The position numbers were made by a program, and so were the translations under genes. A stretch of DNA of 34,357 bases from a virus (taxonomy: Duplodnaviria > Caudoviricetes): the IMG/VR virus record IMGVR_UViG_3300032216_000455, positions 1 to 34,357 of that record, one strand, 5' to 3'. Each line of letters starts with the position of its first letter. The first letter of the stretch is position 1. The notes beneath the pieces are model-generated. The model had not been told where the DNA came from and did not search any database. It saw nothing but the letters and a program-made list of their open reading frames with translations. Positions 8,272 to 17,372 of this stretch are shown piece by piece.

Positions 8272-8418
8272 ATGGAGGACCAAGATACCTCGCTGCGTAA
8301 GGCAGCGTTGGAAAAAGCCATCATCGTAACGGCAAAGCAGCCGTACCACCTCATTCCGCAGGACGTTGTAAGCGTCGCAGAAGTTTTTTATCAGTTCCTC
8401 AAAGGAGAAACCAAATGA
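8272..8418 (+). CDS. hypothetical protein (48 aa), absent from ORF track
   Basis: MEDQDTSLRKAALEKAIIVTAKQPYHLIPQDVVSVAEVFYQFLKGETK*; AAGGAG SD; ATGA overlap with the next gene. Confidence 0.78.
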   Translation: MEDQDTSLRKAALEKAIIVTAKQPYHLIPQDVVSVAEVFYQFLKGETK

Positions 8419-9329
8419 GCAACCTAACCATCTTTAAGCAAGCAGGTGCCGTATCGACGGCAGCTAAGCGTGAACTGTCTGACCTCGGCAAGTCTCTTGC
8501 CTCCGTTAGCAACACCCGCCGTATCGCCACAAACACCAACGGTACGTTCAAGCGCATCGTCAATGGTGAGCAGATGGGCAAAGCCATCCGTGGTGAGTTC
8601 AACGCAATCATCGTTGACGCACTGCCTAAGGTCAGCCGTACCTTCTATGCCGGCAAGTACGATCCTGATGCCAAGCCGACCCTGCCTGACTGCTGGTCAA
8701 ACCTGGGGGATAAGCCTGAAACTGCTGCGGGTGATCCGCAAGCTACCAACTGCGCCTCATGCCCCAAGAACGTCGTGGGTTCAGGTGAGAACGGTAAGGG
8801 TCGCGCATGCCGCTTCCAGCGCCGCATCGCTCTGATGATCGAAGGTGACGACTCGGGCGACGTCTATCAGTTCAACGTGCCAGCCAAGTCGCTCTTCGGT
8901 AAGGGCAGCGGCAATGTGCATCCGTTCGAAAGCTATGTGAAGTTCCTGATCGCCAATGGCGAAAGCCCTGACACGGTCGTGACCAACATCGCCTACAACC
9001 TCGATGCCGAAACGATGGAACTGCAGTTCACCCCGATGCGCGGCACAACTGATGCAGAACACGAAATGGTTATTGAAGCCCGTAACGATCCGGCTACCCG
9101 CCAGATGATCGTGCTGACTGTGGCTGCACAGGATGGCGCTAAGGCTGCACCGAAGGAAGAACCCAAGCCTAAGATCACCTACTCTGACGAGCCGGATGAT
9201 GAGGAAGAGGAAGCAGTCGAAGCCCCGAAGAAGCGTACGGCTAAGAAGGCTGAGGATGTTGTTCCACCGAAGAAGGACCTTGCTAACGTCCTCGCCGCTT
9301 GGGGCGATGCTGACGAAGATGAGGACTGA
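8415..9329 (+). CDS. putative single-stranded DNA-binding protein with Cys cluster
   Basis: Beta-rich core, PDCWS...NCASCPKN...RACR (4 Cys), charged linker and acidic tail WGDADEDED; located in the replication module. Confidence 0.65.
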   Translation: MSNLTIFKQAGAVSTAAKRELSDLGKSLASVSNTRRIATNTNGTFKRIVNGEQMGKAIRGEFNAIIVDALPKVSRTFYAGKYDPDAKPTLPDCWSNLGDKPETAAGDPQATNCASCPKNVVGSGENGKGRACRFQRRIALMIEGDDSGDVYQFNVPAKSLFGKGSGNVHPFESYVKFLIANGESPDTVVTNIAYNLDAETMELQFTPMRGTTDAEHEMVIEARNDPATRQMIVLTVAAQDGAKAAPKEEPKPKITYSDEPDDEEEEAVEAPKKRTAKKAEDVVPPKKDLANVLAAWGDADEDED

Positions 9330-9331
9330 GA

Positions 9332-9562
9332 ATGTCGTACGGCTATAGCCTAAGACTTATTGAACGGAATAGCCAAGCGAGTGAGAACAAGCTGGGCGTA
9401 CGACTGGGGCGGGTGTGCATTAAGCAGAATGTGCCCGTCACAGTTGTCGCCGGCAGGTTTGGAGTGACCCGACAGACGGTATATAACTGGTTCAGTGGGA
9501 CAGGTAATCCTGCTGAACCCCTCCACGGTCTGGTTACCCAATATATCTCTACGCTCACATAG
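9332..9562 (+). CDS. Cro/CI-type helix-turn-helix protein
   Basis: VPVTVVAGRFGVTRQTVYNWFSG is a classic HTH recognition helix. Confidence 0.85.
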   Translation: MSYGYSLRLIERNSQASENKLGVRLGRVCIKQNVPVTVVAGRFGVTRQTVYNWFSGTGNPAEPLHGLVTQYISTLT

Positions 9563-9590
9563 GGCTAGCCCTATGTCGTTTCTTCTTTTC
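9557..9590 (+). terminator. perfect 20-bp palindrome plus T-rich tail; probable terminator or protein-binding site
   Basis: ACATAGGGCTAGCCCTATGT (9557-9576) is its own reverse complement and is followed by CGTTTCTTCTTTTC. Confidence 0.55.
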
Positions 9591-9628
9591 TAGGCGTTTT
9601 TGCGTCTGATGACTGGCGACTATTGCAT

Positions 9629-12505
9629 ATGACAAACTTCGATCTTCTCCAGGCTGTTCAACCCGACGATGGCTACTTCGCTATTGTCGGGATCAAAGAG
9701 GACAGCTGGACCAAACAGGAACTGGTCGCTACGCGGGAAGAGGTCGATGCCCTTGCTGAGGAGTATATGGCTGAGGGCCGTAACGTCTTCTTCGGCGTTG
9801 CTAAGTACACTACGGATGAGAACCGCAAAAAGGAAAACGTAGCCGGTCTGAAATCCTTCTGGCTCGACATCGACTGCGGTGAGGCCAAAGCAGAGATCAA
9901 TGCGAAGACTGGACGTCCTGATGGCTACATCGATCAGGCAACAGGGCTGGAGGCACTTAAAGCTTTCCTTGAAACCACTGGTCTGCCCCGCCCTATCCTC
10001 GTCAACTCGGGGCGCGGGATACACGCATACTGGGCGCTGACCGAGAGCATCACCCGCGAGGAGTGGGAGCCGGTAGCAGCACGGCTGCATGACCTGTGCA
10101 ACATCCACAAGTTCTACATCGACCCGCAGGTCTTCGAAGTGGCGCGCATCCTGCGTATACCAGGCACCCTTAACTTTAAGGACAATCCCCCACACCCAGT
10201 GACCGTGCTGGCTACGACCAAACCGGTGGACTTCACGGTGTTTTACAAAACGCTAGGGGTGAAAACGCAAGACTTAACCCCCCTTGAAACTCCGAAGCGG
10301 GAACTATCGGACCTCGCCAAATCCCTGCAAGAAAACATAACGTCGCGCTTCAGCAAAATCATGACGCGGAGCGCCAAAGGCACAGGATGCCAGCAGTTGC
10401 TGGACTGCTATGAGAACCGCGATACCCTGTCGGAAGGCCGGTGGTTCAACGCGCTATCGGTGGCTAAGTTCTGCATCGATCAGGACACTGCTATCCATAC
10501 CCTGTCTGAAGGGCACCCCGACTACGAACCGGGCAAGACCCTACAGAAGATCAAGCACATCTTGGGGCCGCACACCTGTGATGTGTTCGAGCGCAATAAC
10601 CCTGGTGGCTGCGAAGGCTGCCCACATATGGGCAAGATCAAGTCGCCGATCATGCTGGGCCGTGAGGTTCAGGCAGCGACGGATGCCGATAACGTCATCG
10701 TTGAAGAACCCAAGATCGAAGGCACCCTGCCGACGATCCACCTGATCCCCGAGTATCCCTTTCCATTCTTCAGGGGAAAGGCCGGCGGCATCTACCGCAA
10801 GCCGCCATTGGATAAGAACGGTGAGGAGTCCGAAGAGGGCGACATCTGTGTGTTGCCATACGACATGTACATCCTGAAGCGTATGCGTGATCCGGTCTTG
10901 AAAGACGTCGCGGTGATCAAAATCCACAAGCCCAAGGATGGTGTCGCCGAACTTACGGTGCCCCTTACACAAGCTGTGGAACCTACGGATTTACGTAAGT
11001 TGCTGGCGGGGGAGAGCATCCTTTGTAGCAAAAAGCAGTTTGAGTTCATATCTGAATATATGAGAGCATCAGTATCGATGCTGTCCGACAAAGAGAAGGC
11101 AGAAAAAATGAGATTACAATTTGGATGGGCTGATAACGACAGCAAGTTTATCGTTGGTGATTCGGAAATCACGGTGGAAGGTGCCTATTACAGCCCACCA
11201 TCGTCAACCACTTCGGAGATCGCACGGCGCATGGGGCCGGTAGGTTCACTGGAGAAGTGGCAAGAAGTCTTCAACCTATACGGCACCCCTGGGCTTGAGC
11301 CACATGCGTTCGCTGCGCTTACTGGCTTCGGTGCGCCGATCTTTAAGTTCCTTGGTCAGCGCGGCGCTATGCTCAACGTCATTCACCCTAACTCAGGCAC
11401 CGGCAAGACAACGATCCTGCACATGGCGAACAGCATCTGGGGATCACCCGATGGCCTGTGCTGCGTGAAGGAAGATACGCTGAACGCTAAAATCCTGCGG
11501 TTGGGCATGTACAACAACCTGCCATACACCGTCGATGAGATGACCAACATGAAATGGGAAGACTTCTCGGCTCTGGTCTACAACATCACGCAGGGGCGCG
11601 GTAAAGACCGCGTTAAGGCATCGGCAAATGAACTGCGCCACAACGCAACCTCATGGCAGACGATGGCCCTGTGCTCATCCAACGCATCCTTCTATGAGAA
11701 GATGGGTGTCGCCAAGGGTAGCCCAGATGGCGAACTGATGCGCTTGGTCGAATACAAAATTGACTACACGACTTCACTCGATCCGTTCGTGGCCAAGGAC
11801 ATGTTCGATCATCAGTTGATGGACAACCACGGGCATGCAGGTCGCATCTACGCAACATGGCTGGTGAAGAACTACGAAGAAGCCAAGCGCCTTGCGCTTA
11901 ACACCCAAGCTAAGCTGGATCGTGAACTGCAGTTGATGCCTCGTGAGCGTTTCTGGTCGTCGGTGCTGGCTGCTAATCTGACAGGTGGCGCTATCGCCAA
12001 GAACATTGGTCTGATCGACTGGGATATGCCTCGTATCTATGACTGGGCTTGCAACATGCTGCTTGGCCTTCGTGAAGATGTAGAGCCACCGCGTAACAAC
12101 GCCATCGAGGTGGTCGGTGACTTTATCCGTCGCAACACGCAGAACATCTTGGTGGTCAATGATGGGGTGGACTTGCGTTCCAACATGCATGCCGCCCCGA
12201 TACTAGAACCCCGTGGTGAACTGACGATCCGCTGGGAGCCTGACACCAAGAAGATGTACATCGCCGTGGCCCCGTTCAAAAAAGACTGCGCTGCCATTCA
12301 GGTCAACTACAAGGAGACCCTTCGCCAGCTTCGGGAGCAGGGCGTGATGAAAGAGAAAGGCAAAGTGCTTAAGCGGATCAACAAGGGCATGAAGCTGGAA
12401 GGGCCGCCGATCTACTGCCTTGAGTTTGATACATCAGTCCAGGAGTTCTTTAACGTCAGCACTACCTTGGGCATTGAGATCAACGATGCAGATCGAGGGA
12501 GTTAG
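9629..12505 (+). CDS. primase-helicase: RepB-like AEP primase + Cys cluster + DUF927/P-loop helicase
   Basis: FWLDID, NSGRGIHAYW, RILRIPGTLNFK (AEP); GPHTC...CEGCPH; QFGW; Walker A SGTGKTT; Walker B TVDEM; GRGKDR. Confidence 0.9.
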   Translation: MTNFDLLQAVQPDDGYFAIVGIKEDSWTKQELVATREEVDALAEEYMAEGRNVFFGVAKYTTDENRKKENVAGLKSFWLDIDCGEAKAEINAKTGRPDGYIDQATGLEALKAFLETTGLPRPILVNSGRGIHAYWALTESITREEWEPVAARLHDLCNIHKFYIDPQVFEVARILRIPGTLNFKDNPPHPVTVLATTKPVDFTVFYKTLGVKTQDLTPLETPKRELSDLAKSLQENITSRFSKIMTRSAKGTGCQQLLDCYENRDTLSEGRWFNALSVAKFCIDQDTAIHTLSEGHPDYEPGKTLQKIKHILGPHTCDVFERNNPGGCEGCPHMGKIKSPIMLGREVQAATDADNVIVEEPKIEGTLPTIHLIPEYPFPFFRGKAGGIYRKPPLDKNGEESEEGDICVLPYDMYILKRMRDPVLKDVAVIKIHKPKDGVAELTVPLTQAVEPTDLRKLLAGESILCSKKQFEFISEYMRASVSMLSDKEKAEKMRLQFGWADNDSKFIVGDSEITVEGAYYSPPSSTTSEIARRMGPVGSLEKWQEVFNLYGTPGLEPHAFAALTGFGAPIFKFLGQRGAMLNVIHPNSGTGKTTILHMANSIWGSPDGLCCVKEDTLNAKILRLGMYNNLPYTVDEMTNMKWEDFSALVYNITQGRGKDRVKASANELRHNATSWQTMALCSSNASFYEKMGVAKGSPDGELMRLVEYKIDYTTSLDPFVAKDMFDHQLMDNHGHAGRIYATWLVKNYEEAKRLALNTQAKLDRELQLMPRERFWSSVLAANLTGGAIAKNIGLIDWDMPRIYDWACNMLLGLREDVEPPRNNAIEVVGDFIRRNTQNILVVNDGVDLRSNMHAAPILEPRGELTIRWEPDTKKMYIAVAPFKKDCAAIQVNYKETLRQLREQGVMKEKGKVLKRINKGMKLEGPPIYCLEFDTSVQEFFNVSTTLGIEINDADRGS

Positions 12506-12680
12506 GTACGACATCAACTGGAAAGCGTTCAAGAAGGGCACGTCGATCTTCATCCCGTGCCTCGACCCCCCACGGGCTAAGGAAGAAGTCAGAGCCATAC
12601 TGCGCAGGCTGCGCATCAAGGTGATTATGAAGCTCGTGATCGAGGAAAATATTAGGGGTTTACGGATTTGGCGTACATGA
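12486..12680 (+). CDS. small basic conserved phage protein (64 aa)
   Basis: MQIEGVRYDINWKAFKKGTSIFIPC...GLRIWRT; overlaps the primase end; start placed at ATG 12486. Confidence 0.75.
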   Translation: MQIEGVRYDINWKAFKKGTSIFIPCLDPPRAKEEVRAILRRLRIKVIMKLVIEENIRGLRIWRT

Positions 12681-12686
12681 TATTAA
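12659..12686 (+). promoter_or_regulatory. candidate promoter for the intergenic small RNA
   Basis: TTTACG (12659-12664), 16-nt spacer, TATTAA (12681-12686) preceded by TGn (extended -10); predicts a start near 12691-12693, the base of hairpin 1. Confidence 0.4.
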
Positions 12687-12690
12687 GGGA

Positions 12691-12753
12691 GCGGAAGTTT
12701 GCTCCTTCCGTTGGTTATCCTAGCCCCCAGTGTTAACGCACTGGGGGTTTTTT
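12691..12753 (+). ncRNA. candidate trans-acting antisense small RNA (~63 nt) targeting RBSs of replication genes
   Basis: Hairpin CGGAAG-TTTGCTC-CTTCCG, linker TGGTTATCCTA, then terminator. AGTTTGCTCCTT is the exact reverse complement of the helicase RBS (6239-6250); 12697-12716 matches the 7841-7859 leader at 18 of 20 positions. Confidence 0.6.
12723..12753 (+). terminator. intrinsic terminator between the convergent arms
   Basis: CCCCCAGTG-ttaacg-CACTGGGGG 9-bp stem followed by TTTTTT on the + strand. Confidence 0.9.
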
Positions 12754-15700
12754 ATTCGCCCTTTTTCACGCCATTGTAGACGGAATTGAAGGCGCTGTAG
12801 AGTTTGTTTTTCTCAGCACGGTAATGATCCAGCACGGTCTTCTCCTCTTCATCGGAGTACCCGCCTGATGTGCGCATGTAGCTCATGACCTCGCGTTGTT
12901 CCTTGCTGATATTGTCAAGGTTTTTATCGACGATCTGGTAAGCCTCGATGATGCGCGGGTCCGTATCCATAGTGAACTCGGCACCTTGCGCTGCGCGCTG
13001 TTCAGGCGTTAGCTTGCTCAGCCGGTTCATAATCTGCCGGATGTTGCTGGAGTTTTCAAAGTACTTTGTCTGCGGTGCATACTCGCTTCCAGTGCCCACA
13101 AAGCTCTTGACGCCGGGAATATCAGCCGCACCTTCAGCAGCACCAAGACCCCCAAGCTGTTTAGCAAGCTGGTAGGGGCCACCGAGATAGCCTTCCATCA
13201 AATGGCGATAGACCTCAGGCTGAAAATCCACGGCACCTTTAACAGCTTCCGAACCGCCAGTAGCATCATTGATTGTCCGAGCCAGCCACTGCCAACCTTC
13301 ACCCGTAGTGGGGCTACCAAGCTCAGAACGCGGTGCGCTATCGAACTGCGATTCCTTGTAGATCGGACTACCGAAGAAGTTCTGGTTAAGGATGTTCTCC
13401 ATGATGGGCTTGCCCACTAGCGGGGTAAACGCCACAGCAACCGAAGGCGCATCGGCTTGCGGAATGCGGACAGGAGAAGCCACACTTGCTGCACCGAGGA
13501 CGAGATCACCTGTAACATCACCTGGTGTGGCATTCCCAAGCATGATATCACCGATGCGGTTCCCGACAAATTTAAAGTAGCCGAGCATGGGATCGATAGG
13601 CAGCTTGACGTAGTCGTCTGCCCCCTGTCCGTAGTACAAGATAGCGCGGCCCATACGCATGGTGTTGTTCTGGTCGAGGTAATTTTCCTGCCCATCATCG
13701 TCATCATCGCCACCAATAGCAGCGTTCATCATGGACTCGACAACACCGTAGGCCATCAGAGCACCCAGAATTTTAACTGCACCCCTGCCATTTGTCAGCA
13801 TGCGCTTCGTCTTGCGGGTAGCTTCGACACCCGTCGCAAAGAATGGGAAGATCAGATCAAGCCCACGTGCTTTCTCACCGCGACGTGTGAGGTTGAGTGA
13901 CGAGTCTAGGGCAAGGCGCGCTGCATCCGCCGGCTGGATACCAACTTCAATAGCCGCACGATAGGTCGCAAAACGGGCGCTCATGTCCATCATGTCGGCA
14001 AGATTATCGACCCAGTGGTTCAGCGCACTCAATACATTAGTACCGCCCTTACCCTGCAACTGCTTAATGGCTTGGTTTGCTGCGTCGGTCTTCTGTTGTA
14101 CATCCGTAAACCGCGCATGGAGCGGCGCTCCACCTTCACGAATAAACTCTTGGAACTGCTTACCAACCTCCGTGTCCATCGGTTTATTGGTGAACACATA
14201 ACGTGCAATTGTACCCCACGTGCCGGTGAAAGGCATCGTGTAACGGATCATGTGCGCTGCCAAGTTCTTCTTATATGCAGGAGAACCCTTGAGGTTCTGA
14301 TGGTGCATGGCCGTCGCAATGGCTGACGAGATGTCGCGGAACGGGGCCACAAACATGAGGTGCAGCGGGTTCTTGTAGGTCAGCATCCCCTTAAGGAAGT
14401 TGTTGACTGCTGCAACGTTCTTGGCCGCACCCTCCATATCTTTGGGGTTCATGTTCTCGAACATCCGGCGCAGAGCCTGCCCACTCTCAGTAGGGTCAAA
14501 CTCGACGTAATACGTAACGCCGTTGTCCTTAACGATCATGTAGTTTTCGCGGTTCCGGTAATATTCCTTTTCCATACCATCAGGTACAGGTGCATACCTG
14601 TTGCCGGCACGGTCATGCCCAACGACTACCTTCTTGGGGTTGGCATCTGTGTAGACGTTAAGGATACCATCGAATGCAGCGGGACTTTTTTTCCACTGGC
14701 GCAAAATAGGTAGCCGAGCCATGTTGAGGACGCGCCGACGCACACGCTGCTCAGAATCCTGCATGAGGTTAAAGAGCGGGGCAAGCGGCATCGAGCCACG
14801 ACCGATAGCGCGACGGAATTCTTGGATGCTTCCACCAGGGGATGCTGCGCGCATAGCACGCATAGCTTCATCGCGCCGTGCAGTGACAGCATTTGCGTCT
14901 TCGCCGATATCTGCCGTCATGATATCATTATCGGCAGCAAAACCCTTGAGTGGAACGTAGTTCTGGTAGACTTTAAGTAGAGCATCCATCTGCCCTTGGG
15001 AAAGTAGCTTTGCCTTCACGTCTTCTTGAAGGTTATACCGGACTAGCTCCTGCACCTTCTTCTTGAGGATGTTATATTTGGGCATCAACCCTTCGGCCTC
15101 AATCTGCTTAAGACCTTCTTGTGCCTGTGCGGATGTAATGCCGGCACCACCTTCAGGGAATTGTGGATTTATCTTGGCAACTTCGCGGTTGCGTTCCGCA
15201 GCATGATCCAACCACAGAAAATAGTTAAAGTCACCGATATCGACACCCATATTGGCAGCGGACTCGATGATCGGGTCAAACATATTCCGCTTAAGGTCGC
15301 GCTGCCGCCCCGCCTGCATGGTTTCCACACGCTCAAGGATAGGGGCTGTCTGAAGCTCAGTTGGGACTGCTTCTTCGCCAAAGATGCTTTTAGCCCAATT
15401 ATCTGCGAGTTCTGCCTGACCAAACTTATCCGCAATGTTAATAAGCCAATCGGGCGCAATCTTCATTTCAGGGGCAGGTCTTAGTGTACCCGGCTCCGCA
15501 TTTGGGCTGACTGTAGGAGAAACAGGAGGTACCCCACTGACTCCCACTGGCTCTGGCTCAAGTCCTCCAACTTCTCCGACAGTGTCTCCGGCAGGCGTGG
15601 GTTCGCTACTAAGCGGAACGCTTGTTCCAACTCCTTCACCGACAGGTGTTGTAGGTTTTCCAACTCCTCCATCCGGAGCCTCCTGTTGCTTCGCCCGACG

Positions 15701-17362
15701 TGCAAACTCAGCCTCAATGTCAGCGGCATTATTAGCAGCGTATTGCTGCATTTCTAAATCAGCCGCAGTATCCCCACGCCCTTCACCAGCCTGATAGCGG
15801 TCAGCGTAAGACTGAGGTGTAAGCGGACGGAGTGCCCCTTCATCAACCTGCTCTTCACCGTTGATGGTAGTTGATGTCCGGAACGTACCGGGGGCCTCAC
15901 CTGCGGGCGCACCCTCTTCTACTGGTGCAGCTTCTAGACGCTTACGCGCCTCAGCCACCATGCGTTTGGCTTCCGCCAAGGCACCTTCCTCGATGGGCTT
16001 TCCTGTTTCCTCATCGATATCGGGAGTGCCGTCATCCTTAAGCTTTGTACGCAGAAGAGGTTCTGCAACGTCCGGCTCATACTCCATGCCGGTATCAAGC
16101 GAGTCTTCCCAGCTTTTGATGTACTCTTCGCTACGGGCAAGGCTCTCGGGAGTTGGTGTTGCGATGTCATTGGAAATCTGACGCCCCAACGTATCGATGG
16201 CATTTTTAGCGCGTGTAGAAAGGTCTGGCCCAGCCGCTGCCGCTAGCTGCCCTGTGATATCCTGTTGGAACTTAAAGACATCTGCACGCTCACCAGCAGG
16301 TGCCGCTTCACCTTCTGCCCCAGCAACAGGTGCTTCTTCCGTTGGTGCAACCCGTTTGCCATGTACATCACCGATAGCACCACCAAGAATACCACCTGCA
16401 AGACCTTCGAATGCAGCTTGGCCAGCTACACCAGCCATAAGATCGGTGTCATATCCTGCACGCTGTTCAGCAAGGTTTTGCGAGAAGCGTTCTTGGCCAG
16501 CCTGTGCACCTTCAGGTATAGCTTCTTTACCAAATGCTGTAGCAGTGCGCCGTGCAAACCCACGCGCAACTTGCTGTTCAGCCGCACCTTCAACGACATC
16601 AGCCACTGCACGTTTAGCGATTGCGCGACCTAGCTGCCCTTCAAGACCCGTAGCACTAGCGACAGCACCAAGTACGGAACCCAATGCAATCTGATCAAGG
16701 TTTTTGCCGCCATAAGCCTGAGCTTCCTCAGCCATGGTTTTTGCTTGCGCATCGGATACACCAGCTTCTTTTGCGCGTGCGTACACGGCATCGCTAATGC
16801 TGCCCTTGATTGTACCGACACCCGAAGCAGCACCCAGTGCCAAGGGTGCAAGGCTAGCCCCACCAGTTTCAGGTGCTAGCGCTGCGGCGGCAGCAAACGG
16901 AAGTGCTGAACCTACAACATTGGCCGCAGTATCAAGCGGGTTTATCGCAAAGGATTTGGCTGCAGCCTTAACTTCTTCCCAGATGCCCTTACCTTCTGCC
17001 TCCTTACGGATAGCAGCGGCGGCTTTTTCATCCTTGCGGGACTGGGCAGACGTCAGACTTTCCGCATAGTTAGCAATGGATTGTAGCGCATTAGAAGCCG
17101 CATTATTGGCACCAAACACATCGGTGAAAGACTTTCCCGTGCCAGCCAATCCAGAGACGAGATTAAGCGGGACATCCGCTACGCTAGCCAGTGCGCCGCC
17201 TACGACAGGGATTTTTTCGAGAAAGCTCTCTTCTTCCAAAGGCTGAAGTAGTAACTTGGTGTCGTGACCGTTTGCACCCAGCCTCGAAAGAAGCTGATCT
17301 TGCGTAATGCCCTTTGGCACATTTTTAATAATGGTACCATTAGGCATCCGGACGTCTGGCAC
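12752..17362 (-). CDS. large internal virion/ejection protein with LPD38-like C terminus
   Basis: 1536 aa; Ala/Gly-rich hydrophobic N-terminal helices, acidic Pro-rich linker, DHAAERN, NYVPLKG, C-terminal YVKLP...ENILNQNFFGSPIY...HLMEGYLGG; last gene of the virion arm; GTG start with AGGA. Confidence 0.75.
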   Translation of the reverse strand: MPDVRMPNGTIIKNVPKGITQDQLLSRLGANGHDTKLLLQPLEEESFLEKIPVVGGALASVADVPLNLVSGLAGTGKSFTDVFGANNAASNALQSIANYAESLTSAQSRKDEKAAAAIRKEAEGKGIWEEVKAAAKSFAINPLDTAANVVGSALPFAAAAALAPETGGASLAPLALGAASGVGTIKGSISDAVYARAKEAGVSDAQAKTMAEEAQAYGGKNLDQIALGSVLGAVASATGLEGQLGRAIAKRAVADVVEGAAEQQVARGFARRTATAFGKEAIPEGAQAGQERFSQNLAEQRAGYDTDLMAGVAGQAAFEGLAGGILGGAIGDVHGKRVAPTEEAPVAGAEGEAAPAGERADVFKFQQDITGQLAAAAGPDLSTRAKNAIDTLGRQISNDIATPTPESLARSEEYIKSWEDSLDTGMEYEPDVAEPLLRTKLKDDGTPDIDEETGKPIEEGALAEAKRMVAEARKRLEAAPVEEGAPAGEAPGTFRTSTTINGEEQVDEGALRPLTPQSYADRYQAGEGRGDTAADLEMQQYAANNAADIEAEFARRAKQQEAPDGGVGKPTTPVGEGVGTSVPLSSEPTPAGDTVGEVGGLEPEPVGVSGVPPVSPTVSPNAEPGTLRPAPEMKIAPDWLINIADKFGQAELADNWAKSIFGEEAVPTELQTAPILERVETMQAGRQRDLKRNMFDPIIESAANMGVDIGDFNYFLWLDHAAERNREVAKINPQFPEGGAGITSAQAQEGLKQIEAEGLMPKYNILKKKVQELVRYNLQEDVKAKLLSQGQMDALLKVYQNYVPLKGFAADNDIMTADIGEDANAVTARRDEAMRAMRAASPGGSIQEFRRAIGRGSMPLAPLFNLMQDSEQRVRRRVLNMARLPILRQWKKSPAAFDGILNVYTDANPKKVVVGHDRAGNRYAPVPDGMEKEYYRNRENYMIVKDNGVTYYVEFDPTESGQALRRMFENMNPKDMEGAAKNVAAVNNFLKGMLTYKNPLHLMFVAPFRDISSAIATAMHHQNLKGSPAYKKNLAAHMIRYTMPFTGTWGTIARYVFTNKPMDTEVGKQFQEFIREGGAPLHARFTDVQQKTDAANQAIKQLQGKGGTNVLSALNHWVDNLADMMDMSARFATYRAAIEVGIQPADAARLALDSSLNLTRRGEKARGLDLIFPFFATGVEATRKTKRMLTNGRGAVKILGALMAYGVVESMMNAAIGGDDDDDGQENYLDQNNTMRMGRAILYYGQGADDYVKLPIDPMLGYFKFVGNRIGDIMLGNATPGDVTGDLVLGAASVASPVRIPQADAPSVAVAFTPLVGKPIMENILNQNFFGSPIYKESQFDSAPRSELGSPTTGEGWQWLARTINDATGGSEAVKGAVDFQPEVYRHLMEGYLGGPYQLAKQLGGLGAAEGAADIPGVKSFVGTGSEYAPQTKYFENSSNIRQIMNRLSKLTPEQRAAQGAEFTMDTDPRIIEAYQIVDKNLDNISKEQREVMSYMRTSGGYSDEEEKTVLDHYRAEKNKLYSAFNSVYNGVKKGE

Positions 17363-17372
17363 GGTATGTTCC

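Noticed and set aside
12652-12716. AAGGAGCAAAC on the - strand as the RBS of a hidden minus-strand gene
   Set aside because: The next ATG is about 18 nt downstream and opens only 8 codons, and the terminator U tract is on the + strand. A minus-strand protein-decoy role cannot be fully excluded.
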